Assembly (NCBI GenBank): GCA_028872645.1
Contig: JAPKDK010000001.1
Span: 1-40,805 of the forward strand
DNA length: 40,805 nucleotides
Direction of reading: 5' to 3'
DNA from: Verrucomicrobiota bacterium
GTDB taxonomy: Bacteria; Verrucomicrobiota; Verrucomicrobiia; Limisphaerales; UBA1100
The position numbers and the translations under genes were made by a program. The notes below the pieces were generated by a model. The model was not told where the DNA came from. It saw only the letters and a program-made list of their open reading frames with translations, and made no database searches. Below are positions 26,245-34,766 of this stretch, piece after piece. Position 1 is the stretch's first letter; every line of letters begins with the position of its first letter.

Positions 26245-28167
26245 ATGATCAAAAACAGTCTCATCCTCACCACCGTTGTATTATCACTCCTCATCGCACC
26301 CGGTTGCGGGGAGAAAACCACCCCGCCCACAGAAGAATCTACGGGTGAACCTGTTGGCAGCGGCGGGGCCGCACCTCAAGGGCCTCATGTGCGGGTGAAA
26401 ACTCCCACGGCCAAGCCTTCGCCGCAGAAGACGAGCATGGCCGAGGTGGCCAAGCATCTGGATTTTGGCGGCAGTTTTTATCTGTATCTAAGTACTGAAC
26501 AGGTGTTGGCCAAACTGGATGGTTATCTGGATGCCGCCTCCGCCTTGGCGGATGAGGCTGGCCAGTGGGAATTTGACGAGCAACAGCGCCAGCAGATTGC
26601 CATGGCAGTGGATATGGGGCGTACTACCTACGAGCAGATTGGGGTAAGGGACATCAGCGGCTTCGGGATGAGCAGCTTTGCCCTTGAGGGAGATCTTAAC
26701 CGTGCCGTAATGGTGCTGCACCATTATCCGGAGAAAAAAGACGGACTTCTATGGAAAATGATTGGTGCTCAGTCGCACGAGCAGCAGATTCTTAAAATGT
26801 TGCCTGCCGATACGGTGGTAGCCATCCAGGCCGATCTTGATCTTGTGACTGGTTTTGAATGGATGCGTAAATTTATTACTGATACCGCTCATCCTGATCT
26901 TGTGGCTGAATTTGCGAAAGGATTGGCCGAGATGAATCAGGCCATGGGGTTTGAGGATTTACTCAGGTCTACCGGTGGAGAGATGGGGTTCTTTGTGACG
27001 CTCAATGATGCAAAGCAGATTGCGGTTCCTCTGCCTCCTGATGCACCGCAAGGTTTAAGTCTGTCTTTTGCTGAGCCTGGTTTGGCAATTTTGATTAAGG
27101 TGAAGGACGATCAGTTAATGAAGCTCATCACCGCGCAGCTCCAGAATCCGGAGCTGGCCGAGATGGTTAAGCAATCCCAGGAAGGCGGAGAGACTCTGTA
27201 CACCATGACAACGCCGCCGTTGCCAGTGGACATCGACCTTAGCCCCACGCTACTGAAGGCTGGCGACTATATTATCCTTGCGACCAGCCTCAAGCTCGCC
27301 AAGGACATTCTGGCTGTGCGTGAAGGTGAAAATCAGGGTTTGGCGGGCACCGCCGAATTCAAGCGGTTGAAAGGTGACATGGATCTCAAGGGCAACCAGT
27401 TGCATTTTATAAGCAGCAGGTTGGGCATGGAATTTGGTAAGTTAACCAAGCTTGGAATGGCTGCTGCCGAGGAGCAAGCCAATGCAGAAGGGCCCGCAGA
27501 GCAAAAGATCTTCGAGGTGATGAAGAAATTTATGGGCATGAATAATGACCAGCACGCAGGGCAACTGTCTGTTTTGCGTGTGACCCCTGAGGGAGTTGTA
27601 ATGGAAAGTCGAAGCAGCGGCGACGCGATGGGAGTAGCTCCACTCCTGTTAGTGGGAGGTGCGGGAATTGGTGCCTCCATTCTGCTCCCAACGCTGGCTA
27701 AGGCCAAAGCCAAGGCTAGCTCCATGAAGAGCGCGAGCAATGCCGGTCAACTGGGCAAAGGTTTGATTATCTACTCGATTGACAACGATGGCCGCTTGCC
27801 ACCCGCCAACCAGTGGTGCGATGTCGTCATGCGCGATATGGGCACGGAGAAGGTATTTATGTCGCCACAAGATCCAACGGCTGGAGCTCGGATGGAAGCG
27901 GGGCAGAAATTCAGTTCCTACGCTCTGAACGCCGCGGTGGCGGGGAAAAATCCTGATTTGTTGCCGCCCGACACCGTACTGGTTTTCGAATGCCCGGTGG
28001 GCTGGAATGGCACGGGCGGCTTGGCAGATATCCAGCGCGCCCGTGCCCAGATGGGATCCTATAGCAGCCTGCAGGTCATTCCCGTGACGATGATCGATGG
28101 CACGGTCCGGTTGCTGCGTTTCGGGGAGTTGGGCCGGTTAAACTGGACCGGCCAACGGCGGCGCTAA
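26245..28167 (+). CDS. Unknown-function exported protein (paralog 1): lipoprotein-like signal, ~440-aa unknown domain, hydrophobic helix, C-terminal pseudopilin/DUF1559-like module
   Basis: AAGGA RBS-like run upstream of the ATG. Signal MIKNSLILTTVVLSLLIAPGC. Residues ~463-640 read PLLLVGGAGIGASILLPTLAKAKAKASSMKSASNAGQLGKGLIIYSIDNDGRLPP ... VFECPVGWNGTGG ... TMIDGTVRLL ... LNWT. A strong terminator follows. Confidence 0.8.
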   Translation: MIKNSLILTTVVLSLLIAPGCGEKTTPPTEESTGEPVGSGGAAPQGPHVRVKTPTAKPSPQKTSMAEVAKHLDFGGSFYLYLSTEQVLAKLDGYLDAASALADEAGQWEFDEQQRQQIAMAVDMGRTTYEQIGVRDISGFGMSSFALEGDLNRAVMVLHHYPEKKDGLLWKMIGAQSHEQQILKMLPADTVVAIQADLDLVTGFEWMRKFITDTAHPDLVAEFAKGLAEMNQAMGFEDLLRSTGGEMGFFVTLNDAKQIAVPLPPDAPQGLSLSFAEPGLAILIKVKDDQLMKLITAQLQNPELAEMVKQSQEGGETLYTMTTPPLPVDIDLSPTLLKAGDYIILATSLKLAKDILAVREGENQGLAGTAEFKRLKGDMDLKGNQLHFISSRLGMEFGKLTKLGMAAAEEQANAEGPAEQKIFEVMKKFMGMNNDQHAGQLSVLRVTPEGVVMESRSSGDAMGVAPLLLVGGAGIGASILLPTLAKAKAKASSMKSASNAGQLGKGLIIYSIDNDGRLPPANQWCDVVMRDMGTEKVFMSPQDPTAGARMEAGQKFSSYALNAAVAGKNPDLLPPDTVLVFECPVGWNGTGGLADIQRARAQMGSYSSLQVIPVTMIDGTVRLLRFGELGRLNWTGQRRR

Positions 28168-28180
28168 AGTAAAACTTCAC

Positions 28181-28216
28181 TGCCAGCGGGAATTTTTTCC
28201 CGCTGGCAATTTTTTT
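28181..28216 (+). terminator. Rho-independent terminator after paralog 1
   Basis: Perfect 12-bp stem tgccagcgggaa (28181..28192) / ttcccgctggca (28197..28208), a 4-nt loop tttt, then a-ttttttt (T7 at 28210..28216). It starts 14 nt after the stop codon. Confidence 0.8.
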
Positions 28217-28246
28217 GTCGGCCTGTCAGGGTGATCGCCTCCACCC

Positions 28247-30493
28247 ATGGACATTTACATCAAGCGTGATGACGGGCAGTTCGGGCCATTTTCGCCCGAA
28301 CAAATCGAGGAGTGCCTCGCGAGCGGGGCGTTGATCGAGACGGACATCGCGTGGCACGCGGCCTTGCCGGATTGGGTGCCGGTGACGGAAGTGCTGGGCA
28401 CGCTTGAACCTGCGCCCGCACAGGCACCGACGGAACCTGTTCCTGCCAAGGTCGCAAAAAGCGGCAGCAGCAAAAAATTACTCATCGCCGGTGTAACGGC
28501 CGTGGTGGTGCTTGGCGCTGCAGCGGCGCTGATGGTTCCCAAGTTTCTTAATGAAGGAGGGGATGGGGACAGCCCGTTGCCAAAGTCAAAAGTGGCGGTC
28601 AACTTAAAGACCAACACTCCGCCCAATGACATTCCAGACAAAATCGGCAATGCGGATATAAGCACCAACGCACTCTCCGTGCCGCTCGCGCCGAACGGGC
28701 CTTCAAGTACTTCATTCGATGCCGTTACGCAGCACCTCGATACGGGCGGTAGTTTTTATTTTTACCTCAGCACCGATGAAGCGCAGGCATGGGTGCGGTC
28801 GGGATTTGATGAGGGCGGAAAATTGCTGGAGCAGTTCGGCCCGATGCTCGGCGAGGAAGGCGCGGGACAGGCGGCGATGGGATTTGCAACCGCCAAGGCA
28901 TTGTACGCGGGCATCGGCTTGGAGGCGATCGACGGCATTGGCGCAAGCACTCGGAGCCTCGGCGATGGCCTCAAACGCAATGTGGCAATGTTCCATCATG
29001 ATCCAGCGAAGAGCGATGGAATTTTATGGAAAGCTTTTGGTAGTGCGGTGCATGATTTGGATGGGCTGTCGCTCATGCCCGCCGAAACGGTTTATGCCTT
29101 CCACGGTGATCTTGCTTTGGCAGCCATTCTCGCATGGGCCAAAACCATGGCAGCAGCGAATCTTCCACCCCAAGCCACGCAGTCACTCACCGAAATGCTC
29201 GCCCAACCGCAAGTGCAACAAGCCCTCGGCGCATACGGCGGCAAAGTGGGAGTGTATGTGACGCTGGATTTTAAAAAACTGCATAAACTCCCAATAAATG
29301 GGGTGGGATCGACATTGCCCGGCAGTGGCAAAGCGTTACCAAGCAGTCGGCAGACCTTCCCCAGCGGAGAGAACGCCGTGCCCGGCGGTTTGCCTCCCAT
29401 TCCCGCCGTGCCCAGCGATTTGCCTCCCGGCGAAGGCGTGGCCACGCTCGTTGGGGCAGGGGATGGATTGGAAATTCCCGAACCTGGTTTGGTCCTCACG
29501 ATTAAAGTGAACAATGGCGATTTGCTCACGATGCTGCAGCAATTTGCTGAGTCGATGAATATGCCCTTGGAGGAGGTGGATTTCGGCGGGGTGAAGGCGT
29601 ATCAATTTCCACAGCCCATTCCGTTTCCGCCTTTGCCGGAGATTGTCGTCCAACCGGTGGTGTTTCAGTCCGGCGGCTATTTAGTTTTCACCAGCAGCCC
29701 CGTGCTGGCGGCAAAAGTGCTCGCCACCCAGGCCGAGCCGGACACCGGCCTGCGCGGCACGGCGGAGTTCAAAAAACTCACGAAGGGCATGGAGCTGAAA
29801 GGCAACCAATTCACCTTCATGAGTGGTCGCGTGGCGGGCTTGTACGGCAACATTTTGAAACAAGGCATGGCGGCCGAGGCGGCGATGCTGCCCGAGCCGG
29901 TGCAAAACCTGATGGTGCGCCTGATGACGCTCGGTATGAAGGGACAAGTTTCCGTGCTGCAAGTATTGCCTGAAGGGTTTCTCGTGCATTCGCATACCGA
30001 AGGCATGGGGTACGATTCCGCAGTGTTGGCGGTGGCCGGAGTGGTGCCGCTGGCAGTCGGGGCAGCGTTGGTATTGCCCGCGATACAAAGCGGGAGATTT
30101 CAGGCGCAAGAAGTGCAAAGCATGAACAACCTCAAACATCTCGCCATTGCCATTCACGAATTTCATGAGGACAACGATCACTTGCCCGATGCCACCAAGT
30201 GGAGCGATGAGCTTTTGCCGTTCGTGGGAAATGATAAGCAGGTGTTCATTTCCTCCGCCGATCCCGATGGCAGTTCATACGCCTTCAACAAAAATCTCAG
30301 CGGCATGAAGCTTGATGATTTGCAGGCTGCCGCGCGCACGGTGGTTTTTTTTGAAAGCGACCTCGGCTGGAACGGCGCGGGTGGTATTGATGACGCTATT
30401 GCTTTGGGTGATGACTTTCTTATTGGCTTCGCCGATGGCCACATGGAACGGGTTTCCGGAGAGGACCTTGATAAACTAAACTGGACCCCATGA
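28247..30493 (+). CDS. Unknown-function membrane protein (paralog 2): GYF_2-like N-terminal domain, TM helix, unknown domain, second hydrophobic helix, C-terminal DUF1559/pseudopilin-like module
   Basis: GYF_2-like IYIKRDDGQFGPFSPEQIEECLASGALIETDIAWHAALPDWVPVTEVL. TM helix LLIAGVTAVVVLGAAAALMV. Blocks shared with paralog 1: HLDTGGSFYFYLSTDE, GTAEFKKLTKGMELKGNQFTF, QVSVLQVLPEGFLVHS. Residues ~591-748 read AVLAVAGVVPLAVGAALVLPAIQSGRFQAQEVQSMNNLKHLAIAIHEFHEDNDHLPD ... FFESDLGWNGAGG ... GFADGHMERV ... LNWTP. Confidence 0.8.
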   Translation: MDIYIKRDDGQFGPFSPEQIEECLASGALIETDIAWHAALPDWVPVTEVLGTLEPAPAQAPTEPVPAKVAKSGSSKKLLIAGVTAVVVLGAAAALMVPKFLNEGGDGDSPLPKSKVAVNLKTNTPPNDIPDKIGNADISTNALSVPLAPNGPSSTSFDAVTQHLDTGGSFYFYLSTDEAQAWVRSGFDEGGKLLEQFGPMLGEEGAGQAAMGFATAKALYAGIGLEAIDGIGASTRSLGDGLKRNVAMFHHDPAKSDGILWKAFGSAVHDLDGLSLMPAETVYAFHGDLALAAILAWAKTMAAANLPPQATQSLTEMLAQPQVQQALGAYGGKVGVYVTLDFKKLHKLPINGVGSTLPGSGKALPSSRQTFPSGENAVPGGLPPIPAVPSDLPPGEGVATLVGAGDGLEIPEPGLVLTIKVNNGDLLTMLQQFAESMNMPLEEVDFGGVKAYQFPQPIPFPPLPEIVVQPVVFQSGGYLVFTSSPVLAAKVLATQAEPDTGLRGTAEFKKLTKGMELKGNQFTFMSGRVAGLYGNILKQGMAAEAAMLPEPVQNLMVRLMTLGMKGQVSVLQVLPEGFLVHSHTEGMGYDSAVLAVAGVVPLAVGAALVLPAIQSGRFQAQEVQSMNNLKHLAIAIHEFHEDNDHLPDATKWSDELLPFVGNDKQVFISSADPDGSSYAFNKNLSGMKLDDLQAAARTVVFFESDLGWNGAGGIDDAIALGDDFLIGFADGHMERVSGEDLDKLNWTP

Positions 30494-31905
30494 TTCGAAA
30501 ACTTCTGTTCGCTCTCATTTGTGTTGTGCCATTTTTGGCAACGGCGGCAAAACCCAATATCATCCTCGTCATGTGCGACGACCTCGGCTGGGGCGATGTG
30601 GGCTTCAACGGCAACAAAATCATACGCACGCCGCACCTCGATGTGATGGCAAAAAACAGCCTGCGCTTTGAACGCTTTTATGCTGCCGCGCCCGTGTGTA
30701 GCCCCACGCGAGGGAGTTGCATCACCGGTCGTCATCCGTTTCGGTACGGCATTTATTTTGCCAACACCGGCCGCATAAAAACCGAGGAACTGACGCTTGC
30801 TGAGTTGCTGCAAAAAAACGGCTACGCCACCGGCCACTTCGGCAAATGGCATCTTGGCACGCTTACCAAAACCGAAAAGGACGCCAACCGCGGCGGCCCG
30901 CGTGGGGTAAAGAATTTTTCGCCGCCACAAGCGAATGGATTCGACGTGTGTTTTTCCACCGAATCCAAAGTGCCCACGTGGGATCCGATGTTGCGTCCCA
31001 AGGCCAACAACAGCCGCCAGTGGTGGGATCCAGCAAAGGAAAATGTGCCGTACGGCACTGCGTACTGGAACGAGAAGGGCGTGCGTATTAGCGAGAATTT
31101 GCGCGGTGATGATTCTCGCGTGATTATGGATCGGGCTATCCCGTTCATCCGCGCGGCGGCAAAAAAGGAACAGCCATTTTTCACCATCGTGTGGTTTCAC
31201 GCACCGCACCTACCTGTGGTGGCCGGGCCGGAATACACAAAACTCTACGCGAAACACAGCAAGTTTGCGCAGCATTATTACGGCTGCATCACCGCGCTGG
31301 ACGAACAAGTGGGCCGGTTGCGAAAAGAACTCCGCACGCTCGGTATTGCGGACAACACGCTCGTGACTTTTTGCAGCGATAATGGCCCCGAAGGGAACGC
31401 CAGTGCTCCCGGCAGCACCGGTCATTTCAGCGGCCGCAAACGATCATTGCTTGAAGGCGGCATCCGCGTGCCCGGCCTCGTCGAATGGCCAGCAAAAATC
31501 AAGCCGGGTGTGACAGCTATCCCCGCCGTCACTAGCGATTATCTCCCCACCATTCTGGATCTCATCGGCGCGGAGCAAACTGACAAACGCCCGCTCGACG
31601 GCATTAGTTTGGTGCCGCTCTTCAAAGGGGAAATGAAAGCGCGAGGCAACCCCATTGGCTTTCAATCTGCCGGCCAAGTGGCACTCATCAGCGATCGCTA
31701 TAAAATTTACGGCAGTGGCGGTCGGAAAAAAGAACAGGAACTCACGCTCCCAAAACTGAAATTGTTCGACCTCAAAAAAGACCCTTTCGAGAAAAACGAT
31801 TTGGCCGCCCAACACCCCGACCTAATCAAAAAAATGACCGGCACCCTCGAGCAATGGCGCAAGTCCTGTCGCCATAGCGACACCGGCGGGGATTACAAAG
31901 ATTGA
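30490..31905 (+). CDS. Sulfatase (S1 family, Cys-type FGly motif)
   Basis: The ATG overlaps the paralog 2 stop (ATGA 30490..30493). Signal MIRKLLFALICVVPFLATAA. PNIILVMCDDLGWGD, CSPTRGSCITGR (C-x-P-x-R), GHFGKWHLG, TFCSDNGPEG, LLEGGIRVPGLVEWP. Confidence 0.92.
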   Translation: MIRKLLFALICVVPFLATAAKPNIILVMCDDLGWGDVGFNGNKIIRTPHLDVMAKNSLRFERFYAAAPVCSPTRGSCITGRHPFRYGIYFANTGRIKTEELTLAELLQKNGYATGHFGKWHLGTLTKTEKDANRGGPRGVKNFSPPQANGFDVCFSTESKVPTWDPMLRPKANNSRQWWDPAKENVPYGTAYWNEKGVRISENLRGDDSRVIMDRAIPFIRAAAKKEQPFFTIVWFHAPHLPVVAGPEYTKLYAKHSKFAQHYYGCITALDEQVGRLRKELRTLGIADNTLVTFCSDNGPEGNASAPGSTGHFSGRKRSLLEGGIRVPGLVEWPAKIKPGVTAIPAVTSDYLPTILDLIGAEQTDKRPLDGISLVPLFKGEMKARGNPIGFQSAGQVALISDRYKIYGSGGRKKEQELTLPKLKLFDLKKDPFEKNDLAAQHPDLIKKMTGTLEQWRKSCRHSDTGGDYKD

Positions 31906-31923
31906 GGGCAGGGTTGTTAAAAT

Positions 31924-33126
31924 TCAAACTGCCTGTCCCGCCGCGTGGCCGCTGGCCCAGGCCCATTGGAAATTGTAGCCGCCGAGCCAGCCGGTCACGT
32001 CTACTACTTCGCCGATGAAATACAGCCCCGGCACCGCTCGGCATTCCATCGTTTTCGATGACAACGCATCCGTGTTCACACCGCCCACGGTGACTTCCGC
32101 CTTTGCGTAGCCTTCCGTTTTTGCGGCCAACAATTTCCACGCGCATAGATGTTGCACCAAACGTTCGCGGTCGGCTTGCTTCATTTGGGCCATCGGTTTG
32201 TAAGGCGAAAACTGTTTGGCAAACGCGAACGCAAAGCGTTTGGGAAACCACTGTTCCAGCCAGCGATCGGGGGTTTCACGAAAATGCCGTGAGTCTTCCA
32301 GTAATTGTTCCGGTTTTGCATCCGGCAATAAATTCAGCGTGAAAAATTCCCCATCCGCGCAGTAATTCGACACTTGCAAAATCGCCGGCCCGCTCAGGCC
32401 GCGATGGGTGAAGAGCAGGTTTTCCCGAAATGACTGCGTGCCCGCGCTGGCAATGCAATCGATTGAAATGCCGGTGAGCTTGATGAACGGCCACGGCGCG
32501 TCATCGTCGAGCCGCGGAATGATGGGCACCAAACCGGGGCGAGGCTCGATGATCGGCACTTCGAATTGTTCCGCGATGCGATAGCCGAAATCCGTGGCGC
32601 CCAGCGCAGGAAACGAAAGCGCGCCGGTGGCGATCACCAACGATTCGCATTCAAAATCGCCCCGGGAAGTTTGCAGCCGGAAACCATTCCGAGCTTCGAG
32701 CGAATCCACTTCGCAGCCGGATAAAATTTCCACGTGCGCATCGCGGCATTCGTCCTCGAGCAATCCCACAATTTGCTTTGATGAAAGTTTGCAGAAAAGT
32801 TGCCCCAAAGTTTTCTCGTGAAACTCAATGCCGTGTTTCCGGACTAATTCAATAAATTCACTCGAGGGATAACGCGACAGCGCCGAGCGGCAAAAATGCG
32901 GGTTGTTGGAAACATAATGTTCCGGCCCCGCATCACGGTTGGTGAAGTTGCAACGACCCCCACCGGAGATTAGGATTTTTTTGCCAATCCGTTCGTTGTG
33001 CTCCAGCACCGCCACGGTGCGCCCGCGCTGACCAGCGGTCATCGCGCACAACAATCCCGCGCCGCCCGCGCCAATAATAATGACATCGTATCGTTGCCTC
33101 ATTTCAATTTTGGGATGAGCACGCAT
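31924..33126 (-). CDS. HI0933/BaiN-family NAD(P)/FAD-dependent flavoprotein
   Basis: YDVIIIGAGGAGLLCAMTAGQRGRTVAVLEHNERIGKKILISGGGRCNFTN and C-terminal GLYFIGEVVDVTGWLGGYNFQWAWASG are family hallmarks. Start options are ATG 33126, ATG 33102 and TTG 33132. Confidence 0.9.
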   Translation of the reverse strand: MRAHPKIEMRQRYDVIIIGAGGAGLLCAMTAGQRGRTVAVLEHNERIGKKILISGGGRCNFTNRDAGPEHYVSNNPHFCRSALSRYPSSEFIELVRKHGIEFHEKTLGQLFCKLSSKQIVGLLEDECRDAHVEILSGCEVDSLEARNGFRLQTSRGDFECESLVIATGALSFPALGATDFGYRIAEQFEVPIIEPRPGLVPIIPRLDDDAPWPFIKLTGISIDCIASAGTQSFRENLLFTHRGLSGPAILQVSNYCADGEFFTLNLLPDAKPEQLLEDSRHFRETPDRWLEQWFPKRFAFAFAKQFSPYKPMAQMKQADRERLVQHLCAWKLLAAKTEGYAKAEVTVGGVNTDALSSKTMECRAVPGLYFIGEVVDVTGWLGGYNFQWAWASGHAAGQAV

Positions 33127-33292
33127 TTGCAACAGTCGAGCCAGCCCCCTTTAGCGGGCTGATGTAGACATTGAAAGTGCCGAGGTGAATCATGCGCCGC
33201 CACCTTTTCGGCGCACGGGGAAAGCGTCAAGCGCGGATGGTGTAATTTTTCCTTTTGACCACGGATCGATCAAGCTAATCTTCGGGCCGTTC

Positions 33293-34714
33293 ATGAAAAC
33301 ACTTTCCCGTACTCTCATCGCTTGGTTGGCATTGGTCATGTTTGCCTCCGCCGCAGACCGGCCAAACATCGTCTTTTATTTCATCGATGATCTCGGCTGG
33401 ACGGATGTGTCGTTTATGGGGTCAAAATATTATGAGACGCCGCACGTGGATCGTTTGGCACGGGAGGGAATGAAGTTTATGGATGCTTATGCGTGCGCGC
33501 CGAATTGTGCGCCGAGTCGTGCGTGCCTGATGAGCGGTTTGTATGGCCCGAGGCACGGTGTCTTCACGGTGGGTAATTCTGATCGGGGTCAGGCCAAGTT
33601 CCGCAAATTGATCCCGACAAAGAACACAACTGAATTGGCGGATAAATTTATTACCGTTGCCGAGTCACTGCAGTCGGCCGGTTATGTGACAGCCGCCATG
33701 GGGAAGTGGCATTTGGGATCTGATCCCACCAAGCAGGGGTTCGATGTGAACATTGCCGGTAAGCATTGGGGCAGCCCGAGTGGCGGTGGTTATCATAGCC
33801 CGTATAATTATCCGAACCTTGTCAATAAGGAGAAGGGTGAGTACCTGACTGATCGGTTGGGGCAGGAGGCCTGTAAATTCATTGAGGGGAATAAGGATAA
33901 GCCATTTTTCCTCTACCTCACTCATTACGCCGTGCACACGCCCATTCAATCGAAGCCCGAGTTAAAGGCGAAGTATCAGAAGAAGCCGACGGTTGGTGGA
34001 CACACAAATGCGGCTTATGCAGGTATGATTGAAAGTATGGATGATAGCATTGGTGCGGTTCAGGCCACACTCAAACGCCTTAAACTAGATGACAACACGA
34101 TCGTGATTTTCTTTTCTGATAATGGGGGTCATGGGGGTGTGACTTCCAATGCGCCTTTGCGTGGCTCCAAGGGAATGCTGTACGAGGGCGGCATTCGCGA
34201 ACCATTGGTGGTCAAATGGCCGGGGGTGACTAAAGCTGGTAGTACCTGTAAAGAACCGGTAATTGGCGTGGATTTTTATCCCACCTTCTTGGAGTTGGCC
34301 GGTATTGATCGCCCTGAAAATCTTAAACTCGATGGCTTAAGTTTAGTACCCTGTCTCAAGGATGATTCCGCTTCTTTGGGTCGGAAGGCGCTTTATTGGC
34401 ATTTCCCATGTTATCTTCAGGGTTACACGCCAAGGCATGGTCCATTTCGCACAACCCCCGCTGCAGCGATTCGCATGGGTGACTGGAAATTAATCGAGTT
34501 CTTCGAGGACGGGGCCTTGGAACTGTATAATTTGAAGAAGGATCTGAGCGAAGAGAATAACCTCGCACAAAAAATGCCGGAAAAAGCAAAAGAACTTCAT
34601 GTGGCCATGCTCAAGTGGCGCAAGGCAACAAAGGCACCGGTGCCGACGGAAAAGGAGCCGAAGTATGACCCGAACGCAAAGTTTAGCCCTCCCAATCGGG
34701 TCAAGGGGAAATAG
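33293..34714 (+). CDS. Sulfatase (S1 family, Cys-type)
   Basis: Signal MKTLSRTLIAWLALVMFASAA at ATG 33293; the tracked GTG 33185 extension has no features. PNIVFYFIDDLGW, CAPSRACLMSG (C-x-P-x-R), GKWHLG, IFFSDNGGHG, LYEGGIREPLVVKWPG. Confidence 0.92.
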   Translation: MKTLSRTLIAWLALVMFASAADRPNIVFYFIDDLGWTDVSFMGSKYYETPHVDRLAREGMKFMDAYACAPNCAPSRACLMSGLYGPRHGVFTVGNSDRGQAKFRKLIPTKNTTELADKFITVAESLQSAGYVTAAMGKWHLGSDPTKQGFDVNIAGKHWGSPSGGGYHSPYNYPNLVNKEKGEYLTDRLGQEACKFIEGNKDKPFFLYLTHYAVHTPIQSKPELKAKYQKKPTVGGHTNAAYAGMIESMDDSIGAVQATLKRLKLDDNTIVIFFSDNGGHGGVTSNAPLRGSKGMLYEGGIREPLVVKWPGVTKAGSTCKEPVIGVDFYPTFLELAGIDRPENLKLDGLSLVPCLKDDSASLGRKALYWHFPCYLQGYTPRHGPFRTTPAAAIRMGDWKLIEFFEDGALELYNLKKDLSEENNLAQKMPEKAKELHVAMLKWRKATKAPVPTEKEPKYDPNAKFSPPNRVKGK

Positions 34715-34766
34715 AAGAAGAAATGAGTTTGCCTGATAGGCTGTCTTGCGCGAGCATCGCGCATCC

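Noticed and set aside
29378-29428. Imperfect 21-bp direct repeat (gtgcccggcggtttgcctccc / gtgcccagcgatttgcctccc) inside paralog 2
   Set aside because: It simply encodes a Pro-rich linker (VPGGLPP..VPSDLPP) that is inserted relative to paralog 1. It is low-complexity coding sequence, not an independent element.
31906-31923. Looked for a bidirectional terminator between the convergent sulfatase and flavoprotein genes
   Set aside because: The spacer is only 18 nt with at most a 5-bp complementary pair (ggcag/ctgcc), which is not a credible hairpin.
33133-33292. Short hairpin-capable segments (cagccc...gggctg; gcgccg...cggcgc) in the divergent region between the flavoprotein and sulfatase genes
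   Set aside because: The stems are only 6 bp with 8-9-nt loops, no T-tract and no conserved riboswitch-like features I can recognise. This is expected by chance in GC-rich DNA.
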